Shown: piece after piece, positions 15,716-25,132 of the stretch
Layout: every line of letters begins with the position of its first letter
Position numbering within the stretch: position 1 is the stretch's first letter
Source of the DNA: a virus
DNA: 40,508 nucleotides
Virus record (IMG/VR): IMGVR_UViG_3300029385_000008
Strand: one strand, 5' to 3'
Position numbers and translations under genes: made by a program
Notes under the pieces: model-generated
Seen by the model: the letters and a program-made list of their open reading frames with translations, nothing else
What the model was told of the DNA's origin: nothing
Database searches by the model: none

Positions 15716-16977
15716 AAATAAACTCACTTGAATTTGAGAACGTAAAGAAGATAAAAGCCGTACAGCTTGAGCCTGCAAAGAATGGGCTTACTGTTATCGG
15801 CGGTAAGAACAGGCAGGGCAAGACCTCTGTGCTTGACGCTATCGCTTGGGCACTTGGGGGAGATAAGTATAAGCCGTCCTCTCCTCAGCGTGAGGGGTCT
15901 GTTGTCGAGCCGCACTTGAAGATCACCCTCGATAATGGTATCGTGGTGGAGCGTTCGGGTAAGAACAGCTCCCTCAAAGTCACGGACAGCACAGGCAAAA
16001 AAGGCGGTCAGCAGCTTTTGAACAGCTTCGTTGAACAGTTCGCACTTGACCTGCCTAAGTTCATAAATCAGTCAAGCAAGGAAAAAGCTTCAACTCTGCT
16101 GAAAATAATCGGCGTGGGCGATACGCTCTATCAGTTGGAGCATGAGGAACATTCCCTCTATGACCAGCGTACCGCTATCGGCAGGATAGCTGACCAGAAA
16201 TCTAAGTTTGCAAAGGAAATGCCTGTGTATGCAAACGTCCCTGCCGAGCCTGTTTCGGCCTCAGAGCTTATCAGACAGCAGCAGGATATACTTGCTCGCA
16301 ACGGCGAAAATCAGCGTAAGCGTGACCAGAAAGAATACTATGAAAAGCAGTTGGAACTTGCTAAGTCTGCCTATGAGCGTGCAAAAGCAAGCTATGAAGC
16401 GGCAGCGAACAACTTCAAGCTTGCAAGCCTTGACGCAGAAAACCTCTTGGACGAAAGCACAGCGGAGCTTGAAAAGAATATCTCAGATATCGAGGAGCTG
16501 AACAAGAAGATAAGAGCAAATCTTGACAGGGAAAAAGCTGAGATAGACGCTGAGGATTACAGTTCACAGTATACATATCTCACTGAGCAGATAGAGGACG
16601 TAAGACAGGCTAAAACTGACCTGCTCAAAAATGCCGACCTGCCTCTTGAAGGGCTTTCCGTTGAGGACGGAGAGCTGCTGTATAACGGGCATAAGTGGGA
16701 CAGTATAAGCGGAGCAGAACAGCTTATCGTCGCTACCTCTATCGTAAGAAAACTCAATCCTGACTGCGGTTTTGTCCTGCTGGACAAGCTTGAACAAATG
16801 GATACTGATACCCTTGATGACTTCGGCAAGTGGCTTGAAGCACAGGGCTTGCAGGCGATAGCCACAAGAGTTTCCACAGGTGACGAGTGCAGTATCATTA
16901 TCGAGGACGGCAGGTCGATGGACAACGAAAAAGAAGAAAACACAGAAACGAAAACTTGGAAAGCAGGTGCATTTTAA
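15706..16977 (+). CDS. SMC/RecF/SbcC-like AAA ATPase with central coiled coil (423 aa)
   Basis: Walker A GGKNRQGKTSVLDAI; long coiled-coil middle; C-terminal FVLLDKLEQMD (Walker B-like). Confidence 0.8.
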   Translation: MSVKINSLEFENVKKIKAVQLEPAKNGLTVIGGKNRQGKTSVLDAIAWALGGDKYKPSSPQREGSVVEPHLKITLDNGIVVERSGKNSSLKVTDSTGKKGGQQLLNSFVEQFALDLPKFINQSSKEKASTLLKIIGVGDTLYQLEHEEHSLYDQRTAIGRIADQKSKFAKEMPVYANVPAEPVSASELIRQQQDILARNGENQRKRDQKEYYEKQLELAKSAYERAKASYEAAANNFKLASLDAENLLDESTAELEKNISDIEELNKKIRANLDREKAEIDAEDYSSQYTYLTEQIEDVRQAKTDLLKNADLPLEGLSVEDGELLYNGHKWDSISGAEQLIVATSIVRKLNPDCGFVLLDKLEQMDTDTLDDFGKWLEAQGLQAIATRVSTGDECSIIIEDGRSMDNEKEENTETKTWKAGAF

Positions 16978-18119
16978 TGTATGAGATAACATCAGGAGTT
17001 GTAAGCTCCGCACAGAAAGTCGTGATATATGGTCCTGAGGGCATAGGCAAATCCACCTTTGCGGCTCAGTTCCCCGACCCTGTATTTATTGATACAGAGG
17101 GCAGCACAAAGAAGCTGAACATCAGACGTTTCCCTAAGCCGTCAAGCTGGGAAATGCTCAAAAACGAGGTAAAGGAAGCTATGAACGGCAGGCTCTGCAA
17201 GACCCTTGTCATTGATACATTTGATTGGGCTGAACAGCTTTGCATTGAAACGATCTGCTCGGCACATCAGAAGAAAGGCATTGAAGATTTCGGCTACGGC
17301 AACGGCTATGTTTACGAGAAAGAGGAGATAGGCAAGTTTCTTAATCTCTTGCAGGAGGTAGTTGACAGCGGTATCAACGTTGTGCTTACGGCTCACGCTC
17401 AGATGAGAAAGTTTGAACAGCCTGACGAGCTGGGTGCTTATGACCGCTGGGAACTGAAACTCGGCAAAAAGACCTCTTCTCAGATATCGCCTCTTGTGAA
17501 AGAATGGGCAGATATGGTGCTGTTTGCAAACTACAAAACATATGCAGTAGCTGTGGATAAGGACGGCAAGAAGTTCAAGGCTCAGGGCGGTGACCGTGTA
17601 ATGTACACCACACATCACCCCTGCTGGGATGCTAAAAATCGTGACGGACTTCCGTCTGAAATGCCTTTTGAGTATAGTGGTATAGCTCACCTGTTTGCGT
17701 ATACACAGCCTGCTGAAATGCCTAAGCCTGTGCCGATGCCAAGACGTGTGCAAGAGCAGCTTGCACAGCCGAAAGCAGCACCGCAGCCACCTCATAAGAC
17801 ATCAAACGCAGTGACATTGCAGCAGGCTCAGCCAACAGCTGCACCAAAGGCAGAAGAACCCCTTACAGATCTCAGCGGCTTTGAGGACGTTGCACCACCT
17901 ATCGTTATCCCTGAGGGCATACCGAAAGCACTTGCAGACCTTATGAGAGCCAACAACGTAAGCGAATCGGATATACGTCTTGTGGTATCTCAGAGAAACT
18001 ATTTCCCTTATGATACTCCTATTACAAACTATCCTGACGACTTTGTACAGGGCTGTCTGATAGGTGCTTGGGAGCAAATGCTGCCGCTTATCAGGGAAAA
18101 TCAGAAAGTACCATTTTAA
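16977..18119 (+). CDS. Sak4-like RecA-family ATPase (AAA_24-type), 380 aa
   Basis: Walker A VIYGPEGIGKST; Walker B LVIDT. Start set at the ATG overlapping the upstream TAA (TAATG); track start 16887 lies inside the previous gene. Confidence 0.8.
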   Translation: MYEITSGVVSSAQKVVIYGPEGIGKSTFAAQFPDPVFIDTEGSTKKLNIRRFPKPSSWEMLKNEVKEAMNGRLCKTLVIDTFDWAEQLCIETICSAHQKKGIEDFGYGNGYVYEKEEIGKFLNLLQEVVDSGINVVLTAHAQMRKFEQPDELGAYDRWELKLGKKTSSQISPLVKEWADMVLFANYKTYAVAVDKDGKKFKAQGGDRVMYTTHHPCWDAKNRDGLPSEMPFEYSGIAHLFAYTQPAEMPKPVPMPRRVQEQLAQPKAAPQPPHKTSNAVTLQQAQPTAAPKAEEPLTDLSGFEDVAPPIVIPEGIPKALADLMRANNVSESDIRLVVSQRNYFPYDTPITNYPDDFVQGCLIGAWEQMLPLIRENQKVPF

Positions 18120-18134
18120 AAGGAGGACAACACT

Positions 18135-18641
18135 ATGGATAATTTTATGGAATACGGCTGGGAAGATGAGATAGTCAACGAGGGTGGGGACTTTGTTCTG
18201 CTCCCTGAGGGGGACTATGACTTCACCGTTGCAAAGTACGAACGTGCAAGACACGAGGGGTCGGCAAAAGTGCCGCCCTGCAATATGGCAAAGGTCACAT
18301 TCACCATTTGGGGTGCAGAGGACAGCGTGGAGATAACAGAAAACTTCTTCCTTTGCAACAAGTTTGAGTGGAAACTCTCAGCACTTTTCTTGGCTCTCGG
18401 ACTAAAAAAGCATGGCGAGCCGCTGAAAATGAACTGGAACGCTATCACAGGCAAAAAAGGCAAGTGTCACGTCTACGTTGACAACTACAAGAACAAGGAC
18501 GGTGAGGACAGGCAGTCCAACAAGATAAAGAAGCTCTATGCCTATGACGAGAATGTGACTACTGTTCAGCCTGCTCAGACGCAGACACCGCAGTATAGTC
18601 AGCCTGCTCAGACAGGGGGCTGGAAAGCCGGTGCGTTCTGA
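18135..18641 (+). CDS. DUF669-like putative ssDNA-binding protein with Q/P-rich linker (168 aa)
   Basis: The pattern LLPEGDYDFTVAKYE and the position between the Sak4-like ATPase and the helicase match the DUF669 module as I recall it. QPAQTQTPQYSQPAQT forms a linker. Confidence 0.7.
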   Translation: MDNFMEYGWEDEIVNEGGDFVLLPEGDYDFTVAKYERARHEGSAKVPPCNMAKVTFTIWGAEDSVEITENFFLCNKFEWKLSALFLALGLKKHGEPLKMNWNAITGKKGKCHVYVDNYKNKDGEDRQSNKIKKLYAYDENVTTVQPAQTQTPQYSQPAQTGGWKAGAF

Positions 18642-20230
18642 TGATGAATTTAAGACCATATCAAAACGAGGCTAAGCTTGCTATACTCGAACAATGGTCT
18701 GAGGGAATAAACAAAGTCCTTGCAGTTCTGCCCACAGGAACGGGAAAGACAATACTTTTCTCGGCTGTTACGGAAGAATGTGTGCGGCAGGGTAAGCGTG
18801 TGCTTATCCTTGCCCACAGGGGCGAGCTGCTTGACCAGGCGGCTGACAAGCTTATGAAGTCAACAGGGCTTGGCTGTGCCACCGAGAAAGCAGAACAAAG
18901 TTGTTTAGGCTCTTGGTATCGTGTGGTAGTAGGCTCAGTTCAGACCCTTATGCGTGAGAAAAGGCTCAAAGGCTTTTCGGAAAATTACTTCGATACCATT
19001 ATCATTGACGAGGCTCATCACGCTATCTCAGACGGCTATCAGAGAGTGCTTGACCATTTTCCTAAAGCTCAGGTGCTTGGGGTAACGGCTACACCTGACA
19101 GGGGCGATATGAAGAACTTAGGTTCGGTGTTCGACAGCCTTGCATATGAATACACTCTGCCGCAGGCTATCAAAGAGGGCTATCTTTCACCTATCAAGGC
19201 TATCACCATACCGCTGAAACTTGACCTTTCAGGAGTATCAACTCAGGCAGGAGATTTCAAGGCTAGTGATATCGACACGGCACTTGACCCTTATCTTTAT
19301 CAGATAGCTGACGAAATGCTCAAATACTGTAAGGAACGCAAGACAGTTGTGTTCCTGCCGCTTGTCAAGACCTCTCAGAAGTTCCGTGATATCCTTATCA
19401 GCAAAGGGTTCAACGCCGCTGAGGTCAACGGAGAAAGCACAGACAGAGCGGAGATACTTGAAGCTTTCGACAAGGGCGAATACAATGTGCTGTGCAACTC
19501 AATGCTCCTCACAGAGGGGTGGGACTGTCCGTCAGTTGACTGCGTTATCGTGCTAAGACCAACAAAAGTGCGTGGACTTTACTGTCAAATGGTAGGCAGA
19601 GGCACAAGACTTTGCGAGGGAAAGACAGAGCTTTTGCTGCTTGATTTCCTGTGGCACACAGAACGCCACGAGCTTTGCAGACCTGCACACCTTATCTGTC
19701 AGAATGAAGAGGTCGCTGAGAAAATGACCGAAAACCTTGCCAATGAGGCAGGTTGTGCAGTGGATATCGAAGAGGCAGAAAAACAGGCAAGCGAGGACGT
19801 TGTGGCACAGCGTGAAGAGTCTTTGGCAAAACAGCTCAAAGAAATGAAAACACGCAAGAGAAAGCTCGTTGACCCATTGCAGTATGAAATGTCAATACAG
19901 GCTGAGGACTTGTCCTCATATGTTCCTGCTTTTGGCTGGGAGTGTGCTCCTGCTACTGACAAGCAGAAAGCAAAGCTTGAAAAGCTGGGCATTTTCCCTG
20001 ATGATATAGACAACGCAGGCAAGGCAAAGCTTATCCTTGACCGACTTGAAAAGCGCCGCAATGCAGGACTTACCACTCCAAAGCAGATAAGGCTGCTTGA
20101 AAGCAAGGGTTTTGAACACGTTGGCTCTTGGAGCTTTGACAGCGCAAACAAGATGATAGCTCGTATCTCTGCCAATGGTTGGAGAGTGCCGAGAGATGTA
20201 GACCCGAAAACATACACACCTGAGAACTAA
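18641..20230 (+). CDS. Superfamily-2 DEAD/DEAH-box helicase (529 aa)
   Basis: Motif I LPTGTGKT, motif II IIIDEAHH, motif III GVTATP, motif VI-like QMVGRGTR. Confidence 0.9.
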   Translation: MMNLRPYQNEAKLAILEQWSEGINKVLAVLPTGTGKTILFSAVTEECVRQGKRVLILAHRGELLDQAADKLMKSTGLGCATEKAEQSCLGSWYRVVVGSVQTLMREKRLKGFSENYFDTIIIDEAHHAISDGYQRVLDHFPKAQVLGVTATPDRGDMKNLGSVFDSLAYEYTLPQAIKEGYLSPIKAITIPLKLDLSGVSTQAGDFKASDIDTALDPYLYQIADEMLKYCKERKTVVFLPLVKTSQKFRDILISKGFNAAEVNGESTDRAEILEAFDKGEYNVLCNSMLLTEGWDCPSVDCVIVLRPTKVRGLYCQMVGRGTRLCEGKTELLLLDFLWHTERHELCRPAHLICQNEEVAEKMTENLANEAGCAVDIEEAEKQASEDVVAQREESLAKQLKEMKTRKRKLVDPLQYEMSIQAEDLSSYVPAFGWECAPATDKQKAKLEKLGIFPDDIDNAGKAKLILDRLEKRRNAGLTTPKQIRLLESKGFEHVGSWSFDSANKMIARISANGWRVPRDVDPKTYTPEN

Positions 20231-20240
20231 GGAGGAGTGA

Positions 20241-22445
20241 ATGGATAACACAAATTTGCTTAAAATGCTTGAATACATAGACCCTGCGAGCTGTGATTAT
20301 CAAGAATGGGTCAACGTGGGAATGGCTCTCAAACACGAGGGCTATTCCGTGAATGATTGGGACAGTTGGTCGAGGTCAGACAACCGTTATCACAGCGGTG
20401 AGTGTGAACACAAGTGGCAAGGCTTTAAGGGCAATGCTCAGCCCGTGACCGCAGGAACTATCGTGCAAATGGCAAAGGAAAGAGGATACAGCCCACATGA
20501 GTTTCAGGCATACGATTGGGACGGCGAGATAGTTGCAGAAGAAAGCAGTCCCCTTGTAAACGGCGGTGAGGGCATACCGATCACCGAGCCTGCTCAATGG
20601 GATCCTGTCAAGGAGATAGTCACATATCTTGAAACACTCTTTGAAGCAGGAGAGAACGTGGGCTATGTTACGCAAACGTGGGAAACAGAAAAGGACGGCA
20701 AGACCAAGTATCTGCCCACAAAGGGGTGCTGTGACAGGACGGCAGGGGAGCTTATCAAGAGGCTTGGCGAATGTAACGGCGACATTGGTGCGGTGTTTGG
20801 CGACTACAAGGAAGAAGCCGGAGCGTGGATCCGCTTCAATCCTCTTGACGGCAAGGGCGTAAAGAACGAGAATGTAACAGACTACCGCTATGCTCTTGTT
20901 GAAAGCGACAGTATGCCTATAGAACAGCAGAACGCCGTGATGAGAGAGCTTGAACTTCCTATCGCTGTGCTTGTATACAGCGGCGGAAAGAGCGTTCACG
21001 CTATCGTCAAGATAGACGCTCCCAACTATGATGAATACCGCAGGCGTGTTGATTTTCTTTACAAGGTCTGCAAGGAAAGCGGTCTTGACATAGATAAACA
21101 AAACCGCAATCCATCACGTCTTAGCCGTATGCCAGGCGTTATGAGGAACGGCAAGAAACAGTTCATCATTGACAAGAACATAGGCAAAGAAAGCTTTTCA
21201 GAATGGAAAGATTACATAGAGAGTATCAATGATGATCTCCCCGACCCTGAGAGCCTGAGTGCTGAGTGGGATAACCTGCCTGAGCTTGCACCACCACTTA
21301 TTGACGGCGTTCTCAGACAGGGTCACAAAATGCTCATTGCAGGTCCGTCAAAGGCAGGCAAGTCTTATGCACTTATCGAAATGTGCGTGGCGATAGCTGA
21401 GGGGGTCAAGTGGTTTGGCTGGCAATGCACCAAAGGTAAGATACTATACGTCAACCTAGAGCTTGACAGAGCATCTTGTCTGCACCGTTTCAAGGACGTG
21501 TACACCGCAATGCACCTAGAGCCTGAAAACCTCAGTAGCATAGACATATGGAACTTGCGAGGTCACAGCGTACCAATGGACAAGCTTGCGCCAAAGCTTA
21601 TACGCCGAGCAAGCAAGAAGAATTACATTGCTGTGATAATAGACCCTATCTACAAGGTCATAACAGGCGACGAGAACTCAGCAGACCAAATGGCGCACTT
21701 CTGCAACCAGTTCGACAAGGTATGCACAGAGCTTGGCTGTGCGGTCATATACTGTCACCACCATTCAAAGGGAGCGCAGGGCGGAAAGCGTTCAATGGAC
21801 AGAGCCAGCGGTTCAGGAGTATTCGCCCGTGACCCTGATGCACTTCTTGACCTTTCAGAGCTTGACATTTCAGACAGCCTTTACAAGCAGCAGGAGGACG
21901 AAACTGTTTGCCGTATCTGTGAGAACTGGATGAGGAGATTTTACAGAAATACTGATGATCTTTGTTCACAGGACGATCTTGTTACGCCGTCAAAAATGCT
22001 TGAGATAACGCACAAGTACCTGCACCCGAACTCGTACAAGCTTATGATGGCCGACATAGACAAGGCTAAGCTTGCGGTAAGAAACCGCACGGCATGGCGT
22101 ATAGAGGGTACTCTGAGAGAGTTCCCGAAATTTGCTCCCCTCAATATGTGGTTTGATTATCCTGTTCACAGAGAGGATACCGTGGGCGTGCTTAAAGACT
22201 GCGAGGTAGAGGACATCACACCGAATTGGAAAAAGAATTTCAGCAAGAAGAAGACTAATGAAGACCGCAGCAAGGAGCGCAAGGAGAGCATTGAAACAGC
22301 TTTCAGCGGTGTGCAGGAGAACGGCAAGTGCCGCATTTCTGAGCTGGCGGAGTACATAGGAAAGGGTGAAAAGACAGTGCGTTCATACCTCAAAGAGCAT
22401 GGTGGTTTCTGGATAGATGGCGGCGAATGCGGCTTAAAGAAGTGA
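20241..22445 (+). CDS. Primase-polymerase fused to a RepA/DnaB-like (AAA_25) ATPase, with C-terminal wHTH (734 aa)
   Basis: N-terminal PriCT-like W-rich segment. Prim-pol-like core (YSGGKSVHAIV...NPSRLSRMPG). Walker A GPSKAGKSY and Walker B VIIDPI. Confidence 0.8.
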   Translation: MDNTNLLKMLEYIDPASCDYQEWVNVGMALKHEGYSVNDWDSWSRSDNRYHSGECEHKWQGFKGNAQPVTAGTIVQMAKERGYSPHEFQAYDWDGEIVAEESSPLVNGGEGIPITEPAQWDPVKEIVTYLETLFEAGENVGYVTQTWETEKDGKTKYLPTKGCCDRTAGELIKRLGECNGDIGAVFGDYKEEAGAWIRFNPLDGKGVKNENVTDYRYALVESDSMPIEQQNAVMRELELPIAVLVYSGGKSVHAIVKIDAPNYDEYRRRVDFLYKVCKESGLDIDKQNRNPSRLSRMPGVMRNGKKQFIIDKNIGKESFSEWKDYIESINDDLPDPESLSAEWDNLPELAPPLIDGVLRQGHKMLIAGPSKAGKSYALIEMCVAIAEGVKWFGWQCTKGKILYVNLELDRASCLHRFKDVYTAMHLEPENLSSIDIWNLRGHSVPMDKLAPKLIRRASKKNYIAVIIDPIYKVITGDENSADQMAHFCNQFDKVCTELGCAVIYCHHHSKGAQGGKRSMDRASGSGVFARDPDALLDLSELDISDSLYKQQEDETVCRICENWMRRFYRNTDDLCSQDDLVTPSKMLEITHKYLHPNSYKLMMADIDKAKLAVRNRTAWRIEGTLREFPKFAPLNMWFDYPVHREDTVGVLKDCEVEDITPNWKKNFSKKKTNEDRSKERKESIETAFSGVQENGKCRISELAEYIGKGEKTVRSYLKEHGGFWIDGGECGLKK

Positions 22446-22455
22446 GGGAAAGAAA

Positions 22456-22631
22456 GGAAAAAGTCGAGAAAATTTACTTTGAAACGGAAAAGAAAAAATC
22501 GAGTATGCGTAAGGAAAATATCGGTGTTTTCCTTTAGGAAGAAAATATCGACAAAATACCGACTTTTTCCCGAGGGAAGAAAAAGTATATTATTACATAA
22601 TATATATTTTCGGGCATAAGCCGCCCGAAAA
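22456..22631. other. Putative replication origin: purine-rich iterons, inverted repeat, AT-rich palindrome, GC hairpin
   Basis: GGAA(A/G)A..TCG(A/G) units near 22456, 22486, 22513, 22537 and 22574. ggaaaaagtcg (22456-22466) is inverted at 22560-22570. tatattattacataatatatatttt lies at 22586-22610, and a ttttcgggc/gcccgaaaa hairpin at 22607-22631. Confidence 0.5.
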
Positions 22632-22689
22632 TCTATTCTGAAATAATAAGGCGGCTAGCACACCGACCGCATGAGAGGAGCAGATAACA

Positions 22690-23082
22690 ATGACTGAATT
22701 TTTTATGGCAATGATACCGCCGACAGCTACAGCACAGGAACACAAGGTGGCGGTAAGAAACGGCAAGCCAATATTTTATGATCCACCCGAAGTCAAGGAG
22801 GCAAAAGAAAAGCTCACGGCAAACCTTGCAAGGCACAGACCGCCTGAGAAATACATCTGTGGGATAAGGCTCATAACAAAGTGGCTGTTTCCAAATGACG
22901 GCAAACACAAGGACGGAGAGTACAAGATCAGCAAGCCTGACACAGACAACCTGCAGAAGATGTTCAAGGACTGCATGACACTATGCGGCTTTTGGACTGA
23001 CGACCAGCTTGTGGCGAGTGAGATATGCGAGAAGTTTTGGGCGAACACGCCTGGCATTTATGTGAGGATAGAGGAGCTATGA
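22690..23082 (+). CDS. rusA: RusA-family Holliday junction resolvase (130 aa)
   Basis: IPPTATAQEHK..., KPDTDNLQKMFKDCM and DDQL are characteristic RusA motifs. Confidence 0.8.
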   Translation: MTEFFMAMIPPTATAQEHKVAVRNGKPIFYDPPEVKEAKEKLTANLARHRPPEKYICGIRLITKWLFPNDGKHKDGEYKISKPDTDNLQKMFKDCMTLCGFWTDDQLVASEICEKFWANTPGIYVRIEEL

Positions 23083-23285
23083 CGATACACGAAGTAAAGA
23101 AAAGTCTTGGACGCAGGGTAAGCTACAACGGCTCTGATTGCTACGAACTGACAGGGTGCATTATCCGCAAGAGCAGTAAGACAGGTCAGTTCTTCTATCA
23201 GGCAGAGATCGCTGACAAGACTTGTGGCAATACGTTGGTGTATTGTAGGCTGGAAGAGTTGAGGTGTGAGAATGAAACACACTGA
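23079..23285 (+). CDS. Hypothetical protein (68 aa)
   Basis: ATGA overlap with the rusA stop; track ORF 23025 trimmed. Confidence 0.6.
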   Translation: MTIHEVKKSLGRRVSYNGSDCYELTGCIIRKSSKTGQFFYQAEIADKTCGNTLVYCRLEELRCENETH

Positions 23286-23490
23286 CCACACCCTCTGTTG
23301 GCACTGCCGCCACGCAGTACCGACAAAGGATAAGATAACAGGAGAATACCTCACAGGCTGTGCATGGTCCATAGACCGCAGACCTGTTGAGGGTTGGAGG
23401 ACGTGTCAGCACAGAATGTATGAGGCGCAAAAGGGTGGTATGATACATTCGTATACGGTGACTGAGTGCCCTGAATTTGAGGAGGGATAA
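23272..23490 (+). CDS. Hypothetical Cys/His-containing protein (72 aa)
   Basis: ATG 5 nt after GAGGTG; CWHCRH motif. Confidence 0.6.
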   Translation: MKHTDHTLCWHCRHAVPTKDKITGEYLTGCAWSIDRRPVEGWRTCQHRMYEAQKGGMIHSYTVTECPEFEEG

Positions 23491-23491
23491 C

Positions 23492-23641
23492 ATGGTAAAA
23501 ATCAAACCCGAATACATATTTCCGCTCCTGCTGATTTTGCTAGACGTGGGAGCGGCGGTTACATACGCCGTGCAAAAGGACTACAAAAAGGCTGTCTACT
23601 GGTTAGCAGCGGCTGTGTTAAATGTGACGGTAACTTTTTAG
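23492..23641 (+). CDS. Unlisted 49-aa two-TM membrane protein
   Basis: MVKIKPEYIFPLLLILLDVGAAVTYAVQKDYKKAVYWLAAAVLNVTVTF. It starts 2 nt after the upstream stop, with GGAGGG upstream. Confidence 0.5.
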   Translation: MVKIKPEYIFPLLLILLDVGAAVTYAVQKDYKKAVYWLAAAVLNVTVTF

Positions 23642-23652
23642 GAGGGAGAAAA

Positions 23653-24339
23653 GTGACAAAAGCTGAAAAAGCCAAAAACCTGCGCTATAAGAAAGCAATT
23701 GTATCGCAGCTCAATTTTGAGGAAATAACATCTCAGCTATACGACATCAGTTCCGTTTGTGAGGAATACCAGTATTACTTCAGCAGCGATGATGATACGC
23801 TTCTCAACGCACTTGACGGAGATGACGAGCAGGAACAGGAATTTAAAATGATGTTTTCAGACCTTTCATATGAGTGTGATAGTTTGAGGGACATTCTCAA
23901 TGATACCTATGTATCAGAACATTTTGACGATTTTTTTGTCGGAATAATGCTAAACGGAAATAGTCCGTTCAAGTGCTATGGATATGATAGCTTTGAAGAA
24001 GATTACTTTGCACTTTCGTCATATGACACGAAATGTGCATCAGGTGAGAGCGCAAAGAGACTTAAACGTCTTACGAAGGACGAGCTGCTGTCCGTTTGTG
24101 GACAATGCTTTGGGCTTGCAGTGTCTTACCTCAACGTCCAATACAAATATGACTATTTGAAAGCTGCTTTTGATATCTTGAAAGACCAAAATACCTCATA
24201 TTTGCAGATCATAAAGGACATTGAAACGGCATATGACAAAGCGGACGCAAAAGACTGGTATGAATACAACACCGAAGTGAGAGCGTTTGATAAGCTTGTT
24301 GGAAGTTTCGACGAATATAGCAAAATCTGGCTTGAATAA
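23653..24339 (+). CDS. Hypothetical acidic protein (228 aa, GTG start)
   Basis: GGAGGGAG RBS; no family recognised. Confidence 0.65.
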   Translation: MTKAEKAKNLRYKKAIVSQLNFEEITSQLYDISSVCEEYQYYFSSDDDTLLNALDGDDEQEQEFKMMFSDLSYECDSLRDILNDTYVSEHFDDFFVGIMLNGNSPFKCYGYDSFEEDYFALSSYDTKCASGESAKRLKRLTKDELLSVCGQCFGLAVSYLNVQYKYDYLKAAFDILKDQNTSYLQIIKDIETAYDKADAKDWYEYNTEVRAFDKLVGSFDEYSKIWLE

Positions 24340-24355
24340 TGAGGAGGTATAACAT

Positions 24356-24700
24356 ATGGCAAGATACATCAATGCAGACAATCTGATTAACGAATTATCA
24401 GCGGCGTGTATGCCGATATACGAAAAGGGCATAACAGGCATTCTGGGTGATAACAGCAGCATTGCCGATATAATCAACGAACAGCCTACCGCAGACGTGC
24501 AGGAAGTCAAACATGGAAAATGGAAACCTATGTTTATGGTTGTAGCCTACGAATACGCCGGGAAAACTTTTGATTTTAGAGGTATAAAATGTTCAGAATG
24601 TGGAAAAGAAATTATTTCTTTAATTCATGAATCATTTCGGCCAAAGCCTAACTACTGCCCTTGCTGCGGTGCAAGAATGGACGGTGTTGCTAATGGCTGA
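24356..24700 (+). CDS. Hypothetical protein with C-terminal zinc ribbon (114 aa)
   Basis: CSECGK...CPCCGARM; RBS GAGGAGG. Confidence 0.65.
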   Translation: MARYINADNLINELSAACMPIYEKGITGILGDNSSIADIINEQPTADVQEVKHGKWKPMFMVVAYEYAGKTFDFRGIKCSECGKEIISLIHESFRPKPNYCPCCGARMDGVANG

Positions 24701-25091
24701 CCTTATGACCATGTCACGCCTGAAAGCCTACCGCAGGAACGCCTCAGCCATTGAGGACATCAAGGCGGAGCTTTCAGGCAAGTACGTTGCCGACACTATC
24801 AGCGTATGCACGCCGCCGTCCTATACACCACACAGCACACGCATAGACGGCTTCTTGCCAAGCGGCGATACGCTTTCATTGCTGTGCGAGCAGGCACGGT
24901 TAGAGCGTGAGCAGAGGACTGTGGAGGAGTTTATCAAGGGGATAGAGGACTATCAGACACGGCGAATGTTCGTGCTGAAATTCATCAAGGGTAAGACGTA
25001 CTTGCAGATAGCTATGCAGGTAAGCGGTGGGAGAATCACAGAGGACGCAGTTGAAAAGAAGATAAAAAGATATATTTCAAAAAAATCTTGA
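24693..25091 (+). CDS. Late-gene regulator, sigma-70 region-4-like / ArpU-RinA-type (about 132 aa; start uncertain)
   Basis: C-terminal RRMFVLKFIKGKTYLQIAMQVSGGRITEDAVEKKIKRYISK is a region-4-type HTH. It is the last gene before the packaging module. ATG 24693 overlaps the upstream stop, and ATGs at 24705 and 24711 are alternatives. Confidence 0.6.
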   Translation: MADLMTMSRLKAYRRNASAIEDIKAELSGKYVADTISVCTPPSYTPHSTRIDGFLPSGDTLSLLCEQARLEREQRTVEEFIKGIEDYQTRRMFVLKFIKGKTYLQIAMQVSGGRITEDAVEKKIKRYISKKS

Positions 25092-25126
25092 TTTGTCGGT
25101 TTTGTCGGTTTTTACTGTGTTATAAT
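25092..25126 (+). promoter_or_regulatory. Tandem TTTGTCGGT x2 followed by an extended -10 promoter (TGtTATAAT)
   Basis: The 9-mers at 25092-25100 and 25101-25109 are identical. TGT at 25118-25120 plus TATAAT at 25121-25126. There is no good -35, consistent with activator dependence. Confidence 0.55.
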
Positions 25127-25132
25127 TTAAAC

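Noticed and set aside
16887-16976. Upstream extension of the Sak4-like gene (track start 16887).
   Set aside because: The extension overlaps the last 90 nt of the preceding ATPase gene and is Arg/His-rich. The ATG at 16977 gives the typical short N-terminus before the Walker A box and a TAATG stop-start overlap.
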